A stretch of 64,000 nt of DNA, from positions 32,001 through 96,000 of the forward strand of contig JBIKUX010000007.1 of NCBI GenBank assembly GCA_044347345.1. Reading direction: 5' to 3'. The stretch comes from Bdellovibrionota bacterium (GTDB taxonomy: Bacteria > Bdellovibrionota_C > UBA2361 > JBIKUX01). Below, one piece after another: positions 29,982-39,592 of the stretch (position 1 is the stretch's first letter; the number at the start of each line of letters is the position of its first letter). Below the pieces are notes generated by a model. It was not told the DNA's origin. It made no database searches and worked only from the letters and a program-made list of their open reading frames with translations. The translations under genes were made by a program, and so were the position numbers.

Positions 29982-30413
29982 GTGTCCCCGCCCCCCCGGA
30001 TGGATGGTCAAACGCCCAGCCCGGCACAATTCTGCGTTAGTAGCACCGACGGGTAGGAACAACTATAACCCCCATTGATTTTAGTAGCCTAGGTCTTAGG
30101 AATATTTAATATTGTGGTAATGCTGGGGAGTTTTTGTGTGCAATGTGGCCACGGAAGCACTAAAAACGGGTGACTTTGAACCTCCCTCTAAGTCTACCTC
30201 CCTCTAAGTCTCTGAGGGAAAGAGGTGGGGAAAGAGGTGGAGGAAAGAGGTGGAGATTGTCCCACACTAAATAAAGACTACTTTTCCATTTTATTGCAGT
30301 CCAAGGCTCAAGAAACCCTCTGATTAAAGCAGATGAGCTGATTCTGTGAACCAGTCATAATCCGCACGAGGATAGGGGAAGGAGCTTTCCTAGAATAACT
30401 GAGGAGAATAAAG

Positions 30414-31121
30414 ATGACTAACCCAGTTCACCAAAGTCAAACACTCGAAACGAGCACCACATCTGAGGTTTCAGCAGTCCATCACCCAGGTAGGAATTCA
30501 ACCTTACTTGCTCTTGTCACCGAAGCCCAACTCGATCTTGCGGCGAATCGATCGTTCATAGAAGAGCTCGTCAAACAATTTAATCAGCTAAACCCTATTC
30601 AGGTAGTCAGCGATCCAAGCACTGAGATAATCTCCATCCCGGAGGGTGCTATCCAGTTGGCTGAGGTAACCACCAATAGCTTATTCGATAACGGTCTCGG
30701 ACAAGCAATATTTGAATTGATGGCAACGGTCAAACCAGGTGACATAGTGGGAGTAGCCACTGAGACTCCTGATGTTTTTGGTGATGAAAAATTAGGAACT
30801 TTTGCGAGCTGGAATGTTGTGGGAAAGACTCCTGATGGCGACCTTGTCATAGAGGTGGCTACACAAACTGTTCACGCGAGTCACCAAAGACTCCTCGAGG
30901 AGGGTTATGACAAGATCAACCCACAATTTTTCGGTCCCGACATTATTCGTTTTGCTATAGACCCCCAGAATCCACGCTTTGATGGCACCGAGCTTATGTG
31001 GCCACGGCAGTATGATCGCTCTGGGAACAACATCGGGTGGAACCCGCAACTTTCTAGTGCCGTGTACGGAGAAGAGGTCAGAAGAGCCCTTCAACGAATT
31101 GGATATCCAAGCTCAGAGTAA
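30414..31121 (+). CDS. Hypothetical protein
   Basis: 235-aa ORF with a GAGGAG RBS; no family recognised. Confidence 0.7.
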   Translation: MTNPVHQSQTLETSTTSEVSAVHHPGRNSTLLALVTEAQLDLAANRSFIEELVKQFNQLNPIQVVSDPSTEIISIPEGAIQLAEVTTNSLFDNGLGQAIFELMATVKPGDIVGVATETPDVFGDEKLGTFASWNVVGKTPDGDLVIEVATQTVHASHQRLLEEGYDKINPQFFGPDIIRFAIDPQNPRFDGTELMWPRQYDRSGNNIGWNPQLSSAVYGEEVRRALQRIGYPSSE

Positions 31122-31560
31122 GCCTCGGATGTTTTAGGTTCTCGCTTTGACGACTCACCAAGCACTTTTAGGACTCCCTACCTAACGACTCCCACACAAA
31201 TAGAGCTACAGATGATTCTTCCACCCGCAAAGAAGCTAGCTCACGCCTAAAAACAGCGTTTTGGCAATAAAGGCTGAGGCGATACTCTTTATACCATCCG
31301 AAATGCCTTCCCGCCTGTAAGAACAACCTCGCGGGCCATACTAGTTCCGGAATTTTGCAAGAGCTTCTTATTGGTATTTAATTTTGGTGAGTCAGTAGCA
31401 TTACTTAGAGTTTTAAAAATAGTCTCAATTTTAGCCTAAGTTATTATTGTTGATTTAATGGCGGTTAATCCATCCATCTAACAGCTTAGTTCATGTAACT
31501 AAATTTATTTTTAGACGGCAACACAACTGCACCCAACATACTTACATGCACCCACCATAC

Positions 31561-33057
31561 TTACAAACCAAACAACACGGTCTTTTGTCGCATATAACTT
31601 TCTGTAACTGTTTCTAAACAAGCCTCTCTACCAAAGCCTGAATTCTTAAAACCGCCGTAAGGTGTCCCCGGCCTAAAAACGATATTTTGATTGATCTGTA
31701 CGAAACCAGCTTCGGCCTCATTTGCAAATCGAAGCGCTTTACCAATATCGCGAGTCCAAAGGTATGCCGCCAACCCATAACTCGTATCATTGGCCGCGGC
31801 AAGCGCAGCATCAAAATCAGTAAAAGGAATAACAAGGCATACAGGTCCAAATATCTCTTCTTTAGCTAAACGAGAATCATTGCTAGCACCGTACACAATG
31901 GTTGGTCGACAGAAAAAACCCTCGCTAAAAATCTTAGATTCAGGAAGCTCACCCACTTGAGCAAGCTCAATTTGAGGGTCAGATTTAACCTCATGAATGT
32001 AACTCATCACCTTCTCGTACTGCTGACGAGAAATAATACTCCCGATATCCGTTTGCTCTTGAAACGGATCACCTATTCGGAGTGCCTTAAGCTTGAGCTC
32101 TAAAAACTGTTTAACTTCAGCAAGAATACTATTATGCACAAATACCCGACTAGCAGCAGAACAACTTTGCCCTTGTCTAGTAAAACGCATACCACTTACG
32201 ATTCCATTAACCGCCTGCTCAACATCTGCATCTTCAGCGATAATCATCGGGCTCTTACCACCCAGCTCCATCGTCGTACTAATTAGCCTCTCTCCAGCTT
32301 TAGCGGCAATACTGCGGCCAGTCACTGTAGAACCGGTAAAACTAACCTTTCGCACATCTTCATGCGCTACAAGAGCAGCGCCAGCGGATACACCTGTACC
32401 GCAAACTACATTAAGTACGCCGGAAGGAAATAAATTACCAATCAGCTCAGTAGCTTTAAGTACCGCCAAAGATGCATTCTCCGAGGGTTTTACAACTACC
32501 GTATTTCCGGCAAGTAATGCAGGTGCAATTTTATGCACCATAAGCATCACCGGTACGTTCCACGGAATAATGGCACCAACCACCCCAACAGGCTCGTAAA
32601 CAGTAAGTGTCATCATCTCGCGAGCCACAGGTATTGTTTGACCCTTTATTTCACCCCCAAGACCCGCGTAAAATTCAAAAACGTCAGCTACACTTAACGC
32701 CTCTAAGCGACTCTCAGTGCGAAGTGCCTTGCCAGTTTCAAGTGTAATAATACCGGCTAGTAACTCTGAATGCTTGCGCAGCTCTTCCCCACAGGCTCGA
32801 AAAATTTGCCCGCGCTCTCGAGGCGTGCTTTGTCGCCAACTACTAAATGATTTGACGGCAGCACTAACAGCGCGGTCAATATCTTCTGCATTACTAGCTG
32901 GTATGCAGCCTACCTCTTCATTTCTTGCAGGATCAATAACCGGAATAGTCTGTCCAGTTACAGAAGGTATAAATCGACCATCAATAAACTGTTTATTCCA
33001 AAGAGATTTTGCTACATTCTTAGCATGCAAGCGCCGTTCATCTGCGAGGTCTGTCAT
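31561..33057 (-). CDS. NAD(P)-dependent aldehyde dehydrogenase
   Basis: IIPWNVP, KPSE, FTGST, MELGGKSP, catalytic QGQSCSA, EEIFGPV, PYGGFKNSGFGRE; GGAGG RBS before ATG 33057. Confidence 0.95.
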   Translation of the reverse strand: MTDLADERRLHAKNVAKSLWNKQFIDGRFIPSVTGQTIPVIDPARNEEVGCIPASNAEDIDRAVSAAVKSFSSWRQSTPRERGQIFRACGEELRKHSELLAGIITLETGKALRTESRLEALSVADVFEFYAGLGGEIKGQTIPVAREMMTLTVYEPVGVVGAIIPWNVPVMLMVHKIAPALLAGNTVVVKPSENASLAVLKATELIGNLFPSGVLNVVCGTGVSAGAALVAHEDVRKVSFTGSTVTGRSIAAKAGERLISTTMELGGKSPMIIAEDADVEQAVNGIVSGMRFTRQGQSCSAASRVFVHNSILAEVKQFLELKLKALRIGDPFQEQTDIGSIISRQQYEKVMSYIHEVKSDPQIELAQVGELPESKIFSEGFFCRPTIVYGASNDSRLAKEEIFGPVCLVIPFTDFDAALAAANDTSYGLAAYLWTRDIGKALRFANEAEAGFVQINQNIVFRPGTPYGGFKNSGFGREACLETVTESYMRQKTVLFGL

Positions 33058-33157
33058 TAATATCCTCCAAGAATATCTAGTTCCGACAATATCTATTTTC
33101 CTTAAACCGTTTTCTTCGATCAGAATAAGTAAATTATACAAGAAAATTACGATGAGC

Positions 33158-34092
33158 TCAGGGCTGTCGGCAGATTGCCCTACTACACAACATTGAACCA
33201 AAAACAACAAGAATGGCTCCAAAAATTAGAGTAAAGGAGAGATTATGGTGCGAAAGGATGGCAGTAACTAAAGTGGAAAAAAGCGGGATAAACATCGAAA
33301 CAATCGATATGGTTACGATGTTCCCATACCTCATCCCCATATCCCAGAAAAGATATGCAGTCGCTGCTAGAATAGCCCACATTACTAAAAGAGCAATATC
33401 ATTGGGCACAAAGCTTGGTAAAGGTTCTAGGCCAATAGCAATAAATAACAGCGGGAGGGATGTTACCAACATATAAAGCGGTACCGGTGATATTCCCTCT
33501 GGGTTAAGTAACTTTCGCGAAAGGTTACTATAAAGAGCCCAAGCCACTGCATCTATCACAGCTAAGGTGTAGGCAAACATGTTTACCTGAATAAAAGATC
33601 CTGAGGTAATACCGGCGGAAGGATCACTCCATGAAGAAAATTTTACAGCTATTACACCGGCAATGACGCTGACTAAACCAAACGCAAGCCACCAAACATT
33701 TGCCTGAGCGTGGCGGAATAAAACTCCAAAAAGAAGTGTTAGTGACGGCCACAGATAGTTAAGAATTCCTACCACCAAAAGCTCTCCACTATTCTTAGCA
33801 AGCCCTACAGCGAGCCAGCACGCGGTGACATTTAAAAACCAGAAAGTTCCACAAATAAACAGAGCGCGAGTGTTATGTAGGCAGATTCCAAATAAAATCC
33901 CGCGTTTCCAAAAAAAAGTGTAAGGATGATACCAGAGATAGCAAGCTCAAACCCGGCACCATAAAAAACTCCAAATGCAACGGTAATTCGGTTCATTACC
34001 AGGATGGCTAAACTCCATATCAAACAAGCTAAAAACCCGCTTAATGTAGCCTTAATGGGAGTAAACTGAGAGAAGCACAGATTCCGTATCAT
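33158..34092 (-). pseudogene. yddG: YddG-like aromatic amino acid DMT exporter, frameshifted at a T8 tract
   Basis: KATLSGFLACLIWS and GILNYLWPSLT match YddG. One extra T at 33910-33917 would join the two ORFs. Confidence 0.75.
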
Positions 34093-34264
34093 AAACCGAA
34101 TTTTATGGATGGAATAAATCACATAATCAGTAGATGTAGCTAAATAAGTTCTATCTTTATTAGTGTTATCGATATAGGAACGGATTAAATATTTTTTGGT
34201 ACATTAACTTTTACAGTGTAAAATCTCACTGTATAAATTCTCACTGTATAAATTACTGCGCTAA

Positions 34265-35743
34265 TTAACGTGTTAAAGAGGGCAGCCTTAAAGTATCAAT
34301 TATGGCTCTAAGTAGCGCTATATTATCAGAGTGACCAGTCATACAAGCAGTGACCCTACCCCGTAAAGGACGGCCTAATAAGCTTAGATCACCTATAACA
34401 TCTAATATTTTGTGCCGAACAAATTCATCAGGGAATCGAAGCGCTACATTAATCGGGCCATCCTCGCCAACTAGAACAAAATTATCAAATCGACCACCTT
34501 GAGCGAGACCCTGCCTCTGTAACCCACCAATGTCACGTACCAAACCAAAAGTACGCGCAGGAGCGATGTCAGCTAAATACTGTTCTGGAGAAGAGAGCGT
34601 AAAAGAATATTCTTGAATTCCCAACGGTGGCGGATAGACTAATTTATATGTAACCGAAAAATCCTCCGCTGGCTCAATCTCAATAAATTCACCTCGCTCA
34701 CCAGATGTAGCAACACGAATTGTTTGTGGAATAGCTACTTCCCAAATATCACCATCTTGCTCTTCGACACCCGTCTCACTGATCAAAGAATAGAAATCAA
34801 GTGCTGACCCATCCATGGCCGGTACTTCATCGTTACACTTAATCAGCAGATTTGTTATTCCAAAAGCTCTAAGAGCAGAAAGTAAATGCTCAACAGTGCT
34901 CACATGTACGCCAGAACCCTTAAGAGTAGTGGCAAAGCCTGTAGATTCTACAAAAGAAACTAGTGCTGGTACGGCAGATCCCCCAGCCACTCCAGCAAAA
35001 TGAATACCTGACCCTGAAGGAAGAGGCTCCAAGCTAAGTCCCGTCTTGCGGCCAGTATGTAGCCCTTGCCCGTAAACTAATGCATTTCCAGCCAAAGTGC
35101 GTTGCGATATTTTTCTTCCGGCTGCCACCTTATCCGAAAAAATGAACGATAAAGGATTTATCTTTACAGCTTGACGAAGTATGACCTTTGAGTCTTGTAA
35201 TCTTCTGTTCCCATGCAAGGGCTCTCCTTGCAAGATTGCACTGTTATCATCGACTTCATTTACAGATGCACTTTTATCGTAATCACTTTTATCGTAATCA
35301 TTGCCCGTCCCAGAGACACTAGGCGATGATGTTACTGACTCAGGTTGCTTAGATATAAGCCGCCTAACTGTTTCCACTGTGACTGTCAGATCCAGAGGTT
35401 TCTCCAAAAAGTGAGAGGCTCCCTGCTTTGTAGCCTCTACAGCAGTGGCTATTGTTGCATGACCGCTAATCATAACCACTGGCACTTTAGGGGCAGCAGC
35501 AATTATTTGCCCCAATGCCTCTAATCCATCAATACCCGGAAGCCAGATATCAAGAAATATCAGAGCAGGTCGCTCGTTCTCTAAAAACTTAAACGCTAAT
35601 TCAGCATCATTCACTACTACGGTTTCCAGCCCTTCATCAGCAAGTATTTGCTGTAAAGCCCGACCAATGCTCGGCTCATCGTCAATCACTAATACTCGCC
35701 CTGAGGTCATGAAACTGGATTCCGATTTAATAAGTGGCCTCAT
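34265..35743 (-). CDS. lpxC: Response-regulator receiver domain fused to UDP-3-O-acyl-GlcNAc deacetylase LpxC
   Basis: REC: VIDDE, FLDIWLPGIDG, ISGH, EKP. LpxC: QRTL, GLHTG, TVEHLLSAL, EVPAMDGSA, APARTFG, EFVRHKILDVIGDL, GH. Confidence 0.92.
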   Translation of the reverse strand: MRPLIKSESSFMTSGRVLVIDDEPSIGRALQQILADEGLETVVVNDAELAFKFLENERPALIFLDIWLPGIDGLEALGQIIAAAPKVPVVMISGHATIATAVEATKQGASHFLEKPLDLTVTVETVRRLISKQPESVTSSPSVSGTGNDYDKSDYDKSASVNEVDDNSAILQGEPLHGNRRLQDSKVILRQAVKINPLSFIFSDKVAAGRKISQRTLAGNALVYGQGLHTGRKTGLSLEPLPSGSGIHFAGVAGGSAVPALVSFVESTGFATTLKGSGVHVSTVEHLLSALRAFGITNLLIKCNDEVPAMDGSALDFYSLISETGVEEQDGDIWEVAIPQTIRVATSGERGEFIEIEPAEDFSVTYKLVYPPPLGIQEYSFTLSSPEQYLADIAPARTFGLVRDIGGLQRQGLAQGGRFDNFVLVGEDGPINVALRFPDEFVRHKILDVIGDLSLLGRPLRGRVTACMTGHSDNIALLRAIIDTLRLPSLTR

Positions 35744-35788
35744 ATTTTTTTACAACCATATTCTGTAACTATACTAGCCAATAAAAAA

Positions 35789-37102
35789 TTAACACATGAT
35801 CGTCTGATCTCTATCTGGCCCCACGCTGACTATACTAACAGGAACCCCTGCAAGATCGGCAATCAAAGATAAATATCGCCGCGCTGCATCAGGAAGATCA
35901 CTTAACCTTCTGGCTCCTGAGATATCCTCATTCCAACCTTCAGTTTGAATGTACTCCACTCCTACCCTACTGAGCTCATCTGCAAGCATGGGGATATTAT
36001 CTGTAAACTTTTGTTCACCCAAGGTATAAGAACACGCAATCTTCAGCTCAGATAATCCGGATAGCACATCAAGTTTAGTAATAATCAGTTGTGAAATACC
36101 ACTAATTTTAATCGCATACCTAAGAAGAACCATATCAAGCCATCCACATCGCCGAGCTCGACCGGTAGTGGTACCAAACTCACTACCTTGCTGTCTAAGA
36201 AACTCACCCGTCTCTTCTTGCAATTCAGTAGGAAATGGCCCCTCACCAACGCGAGTTGAATAAGCCTTGGTTACTCCAAAAATTGTTCCAATAAACTCAG
36301 GTGTTACTCCACAGCCTGAGGCGATTGACGCTGGTAGGGTAGAAGATGAAGTAACAAAGGGAACCGTGCCAAAAATTGGATCTAGCAATACTCCTTGAGC
36401 TCCTTCAAAAACCACTTTTTCTCCGCGACCTTTAGCCTCAAGCAATACCTCACTTCCGTCACCGCAAAAAGGTAAAACCTCTGCTACCGCTTGCTCTATT
36501 GATTCCCAAATAGTAGCAAATGATACACCATCTCTGTCTCCAAGAACTTTAGTCATATATAAATTTTTTTGCTCAACTACAGAGACGAGTCTACTGCGCA
36601 AAGTATCAAGCGCGCGGAGCTCAGCTACCCGCACCCCACATCTAGCGGCTCGATCCTCATAACATGGCCCTATACCTCGACCAGTAGTACCAATCTTTAC
36701 TCCACCAGAAGACCCACCACTACCGCTTTCGCGCAAGTTATCTATTCGACGATGATAAGGAAGCACAAGCTCTGTACGTCCATCAACAATAAGACGCTCT
36801 GGGCTAACATTTATTCCAGCTTGCCGCAATCTTGTTACTTCATCGGCAAAACCTTGTGGTTCTAAAACTACACCCGCGCCAATTAAGCACCTCGTGCTGC
36901 GGCGCAAAATACCAGACGGTATAAGATGTAATTTAGTGGTAATACCGCCTACCACTAAAGTATGACCAGCATTATTACCCCCATGAAAGCGCACCACCAA
37001 ATGAGAATCTTCAGTCAAAAGGTCGACTATTTTGCCCTTACCCTCATCTCCCCATTGCGCTCCAACAATTGTGAGTGCCTTATCGTCTCTGATTACAGTC
37101 AT
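35789..37102 (-). CDS. purA: Adenylosuccinate synthetase
   Basis: GAQWGDEGKGK, GGNNAGHT, GTTGRGIGP, FEGAQG, TKLDVL; ATGA overlap with truB. Confidence 0.97.
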   Translation of the reverse strand: MTVIRDDKALTIVGAQWGDEGKGKIVDLLTEDSHLVVRFHGGNNAGHTLVVGGITTKLHLIPSGILRRSTRCLIGAGVVLEPQGFADEVTRLRQAGINVSPERLIVDGRTELVLPYHRRIDNLRESGSGGSSGGVKIGTTGRGIGPCYEDRAARCGVRVAELRALDTLRSRLVSVVEQKNLYMTKVLGDRDGVSFATIWESIEQAVAEVLPFCGDGSEVLLEAKGRGEKVVFEGAQGVLLDPIFGTVPFVTSSSTLPASIASGCGVTPEFIGTIFGVTKAYSTRVGEGPFPTELQEETGEFLRQQGSEFGTTTGRARRCGWLDMVLLRYAIKISGISQLIITKLDVLSGLSELKIACSYTLGEQKFTDNIPMLADELSRVGVEYIQTEGWNEDISGARRLSDLPDAARRYLSLIADLAGVPVSIVSVGPDRDQTIMC

Positions 37103-38124
37103 AAAAAGTTGTCTTCTTCTCGTTGATAAAATAACCTGCTCCACTCTGGGTCTCCTTGAAAATTTACCGAACAACCAAGAAGTCCAATCGGAGCCTGCTG
37201 AGGATTAGAGTATATAACAATTTGCTGATATTTGTCGTCGTTGGTTAGATTTTTTCTACTACAAGCAGAAAAATCATGAAGTAACTTGGAAACTCTCTCT
37301 GGGAAAATGCCAGTTTGCAGCATTTTGCACTCAGTTTCATTGCAAGTAAGAGGAATAAAACTAGATGGCTCAAAAATTCGCCACCAAGGTAGGATAGTTA
37401 AACCACTTTCTGCGTCGACAGTTACATCAGGTTTAGTAGTAAAAGATACATTAATTTTATTTGAATTTTTTACATTGAATGGGAAAATTGATTCCCGCCG
37501 TAAACTTAGTAAACAACCCTCTGTTCCTAGTATCTTGGCAATATCTCTAGCTAAGGATCTAATATAGGTACCCTTACTACACCTGATCGAAAAAGATACA
37601 GATTGAACTCGGTCTCCATCAAGTGTAGCTACTCCTAGTGAAAAAGAAAAAACTGTGACCTCTCGAGCCTTAAGTACCGGCTCATTACGACAATTCTCGG
37701 CCTGATCCATATTGGTAGCCCTTAAATGTCGAGAAATAACGTAAGCTCTTACTCCAGAAACTTTAACAGCACTTACATTTGGGGGAACTTGAGAAATTTT
37801 ACCTGTAAAAGAAGGGATTATATCCAGCAGGTCTTTTAATTTAGGCAGTACATGCGAACGCTTAATAATTCTACCTGTAACGTCATCAGTATCGGTGGCT
37901 AGTCCAAATAAAAACTCACCAGAATACTCCTTAACACCAGATTGCACAAAGGAAACCAGTCTAGTTGCCCGACCAGTTAATAGAACTAAAAGGCCTGTAG
38001 CTGCAGGATCAAGAGTACCTGCATGCCCAATTTTATCAAACTTATGAGTTCTCTTTACAAGCCCTACGACTCGTGCTGACGAATATCCATAAGGTTTGTC
38101 GACAAGAATTACTCCGCTTTGCAT
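37099..38124 (-). CDS. truB: tRNA pseudouridine(55) synthase
   Basis: GHAGTLDPAATG, QVPP, SAVKV, CSKGTYIRSLA. Confidence 0.95.
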   Translation of the reverse strand: MQSGVILVDKPYGYSSARVVGLVKRTHKFDKIGHAGTLDPAATGLLVLLTGRATRLVSFVQSGVKEYSGEFLFGLATDTDDVTGRIIKRSHVLPKLKDLLDIIPSFTGKISQVPPNVSAVKVSGVRAYVISRHLRATNMDQAENCRNEPVLKAREVTVFSFSLGVATLDGDRVQSVSFSIRCSKGTYIRSLARDIAKILGTEGCLLSLRRESIFPFNVKNSNKINVSFTTKPDVTVDAESGLTILPWWRIFEPSSFIPLTCNETECKMLQTGIFPERVSKLLHDFSACSRKNLTNDDKYQQIVIYSNPQQAPIGLLGCSVNFQGDPEWSRLFYQREEDNFL

Positions 38125-38151
38125 AAGCTAGTTACTTATACAATCGATTAC

Positions 38152-39123
38152 TCAAAAAAGCTTTTCAAGAGCGGGTATAAGGCGAGCCATTAACTCATCT
38201 ATGTTCTTACGCCACCGAAAAGCTGCGGCGGTAACATGCCCACCTCCTCCAAAGGATTCAGCAAACAAAGATAAGTTTGGTTCACTACCCTTACCTCGCA
38301 AAGAGATGCGCCAAATCTCGCCGTCCCATTTGATTAAGACTCCAACCCTAACTCCTTCAATATCTCTTATCCGTTCAACTAAACCATCAGTATCACTGTA
38401 CGAAGCCCCTGCATCTCGGTACATTTGCTCCATTACTATTGCATAGGCAATTTTACTACCTAAAATGAACACAAGGTTCTGTAGAGCCTTGGCATGTAAC
38501 CTAATACTGCCGATAGATTGCTCTCCAAAAAGATGCTCAGATATTGCGGATAAATCAGCCCCAAGATCAACAAGTTTAGCAGCCACTAGCAAAGTATCAC
38601 TAGAGGTACTAGGGTAGCGAAAGCTACCAGTATCAGCTATTAATCCTGCTAAAAGACTTCTAGCTGATTCACTAGAAATTTTCCAACCAGCCTCACTTAA
38701 AAGCTTAAATACTACCTCAGCTGTTGAACTAGCCTTAGCCTCTACTAAATTTAGTCCTCCAAAATGAGTATTTGAGATATGGTGGTCAATATTGACCCAA
38801 GGAACTCCTTCTGGAAGTTGTTTAAGCAGTTGTTCCCCTACTCTATCCGCCCCTCCACAATCACAAAAAACTACAACATCAGGTCTCCATTCCGGTAATG
38901 TTCGCTGAAAAATGGAGAGCTTTGGAAAAAAATTAAATCCTTTACTAATCTCGTCACTAGTTACTATCGCTACTTCTTCCTTTCTTCTCTCTTTGAGTGC
39001 TAAAGCCAATCCTAGGCTACTTCCAATAGCGTCAGCATCGGGATGAATATGGGTTGTAATAAGAAATCTACGATGTTTCTCGAAAATATCTATGATATCG
39101 CTCTGATCTTTGCGTAAAACCAC
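38152..39123 (-). CDS. nrnA: DHH/DHHA1 phosphoesterase (NrnA-like oligoribonuclease/PAP phosphatase)
   Basis: HIHPDADAIGS, IDHH, DTGSF, SLR, GGGH. Confidence 0.9.
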   Translation of the reverse strand: MVLRKDQSDIIDIFEKHRRFLITTHIHPDADAIGSSLGLALALKERRKEEVAIVTSDEISKGFNFFPKLSIFQRTLPEWRPDVVVFCDCGGADRVGEQLLKQLPEGVPWVNIDHHISNTHFGGLNLVEAKASSTAEVVFKLLSEAGWKISSESARSLLAGLIADTGSFRYPSTSSDTLLVAAKLVDLGADLSAISEHLFGEQSIGSIRLHAKALQNLVFILGSKIAYAIVMEQMYRDAGASYSDTDGLVERIRDIEGVRVGVLIKWDGEIWRISLRGKGSEPNLSLFAESFGGGGHVTAAAFRWRKNIDELMARLIPALEKLF

Positions 39124-39143
39124 AATAACTATCCCCTTTTCGG

Positions 39144-39581
39144 CTAAAGTTTTTCAGAGGTGAGTGACAGCGACGATAAATTGCTATCCTCTGATGCCTC
39201 CTCTTCTTTTGCCGACTGCTCAGAACAAGTGTTGCCATCAGCGGCACTCACCTGATGCATTAATCTGTCTATTTGATTTTGTACATCAGAGGTCTCATCG
39301 TAGTAAAAACGCAAAGCTGGAGCAGTGCGTAGTTTTAACTCCTTTGCTACAACTGAGCGGAGTAAACCCGAAGCAGCCTCCAGACCGTCTGCTACATCCT
39401 CTCTACGCTGGCTGTCACCTATGACAGTCCAATAAACCTTAGCAAGCATTAAATCAGTAGTAGTAACTACTGATGTAACTGTAACTAAATCTAGCCTAGG
39501 GTCGCTTAATCTCAGTAAAGTCGTTGCCAAAATAGCTTGGATCCGCTCTGACACACGGAACAACCGTCGCTGTTTCGCCAT
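39144..39581 (-). CDS. rbfA: Ribosome-binding factor A
   Basis: DPRL, VTSV…DL..AKVY, LRTAPALRFYYD; follows infB. Confidence 0.93.
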   Translation of the reverse strand: MAKQRRLFRVSERIQAILATTLLRLSDPRLDLVTVTSVVTTTDLMLAKVYWTVIGDSQRREDVADGLEAASGLLRSVVAKELKLRTAPALRFYYDETSDVQNQIDRLMHQVSAADGNTCSEQSAKEEEASEDSNLSSLSLTSEKL

Positions 39582-39592
39582 AAGGGTCAATC

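Noticed and set aside
33058-33222. N-terminal extension of the aldehyde dehydrogenase ORF
   Set aside because: It overlaps the yddG 3' end; a GGAGG RBS supports ATG 33057.
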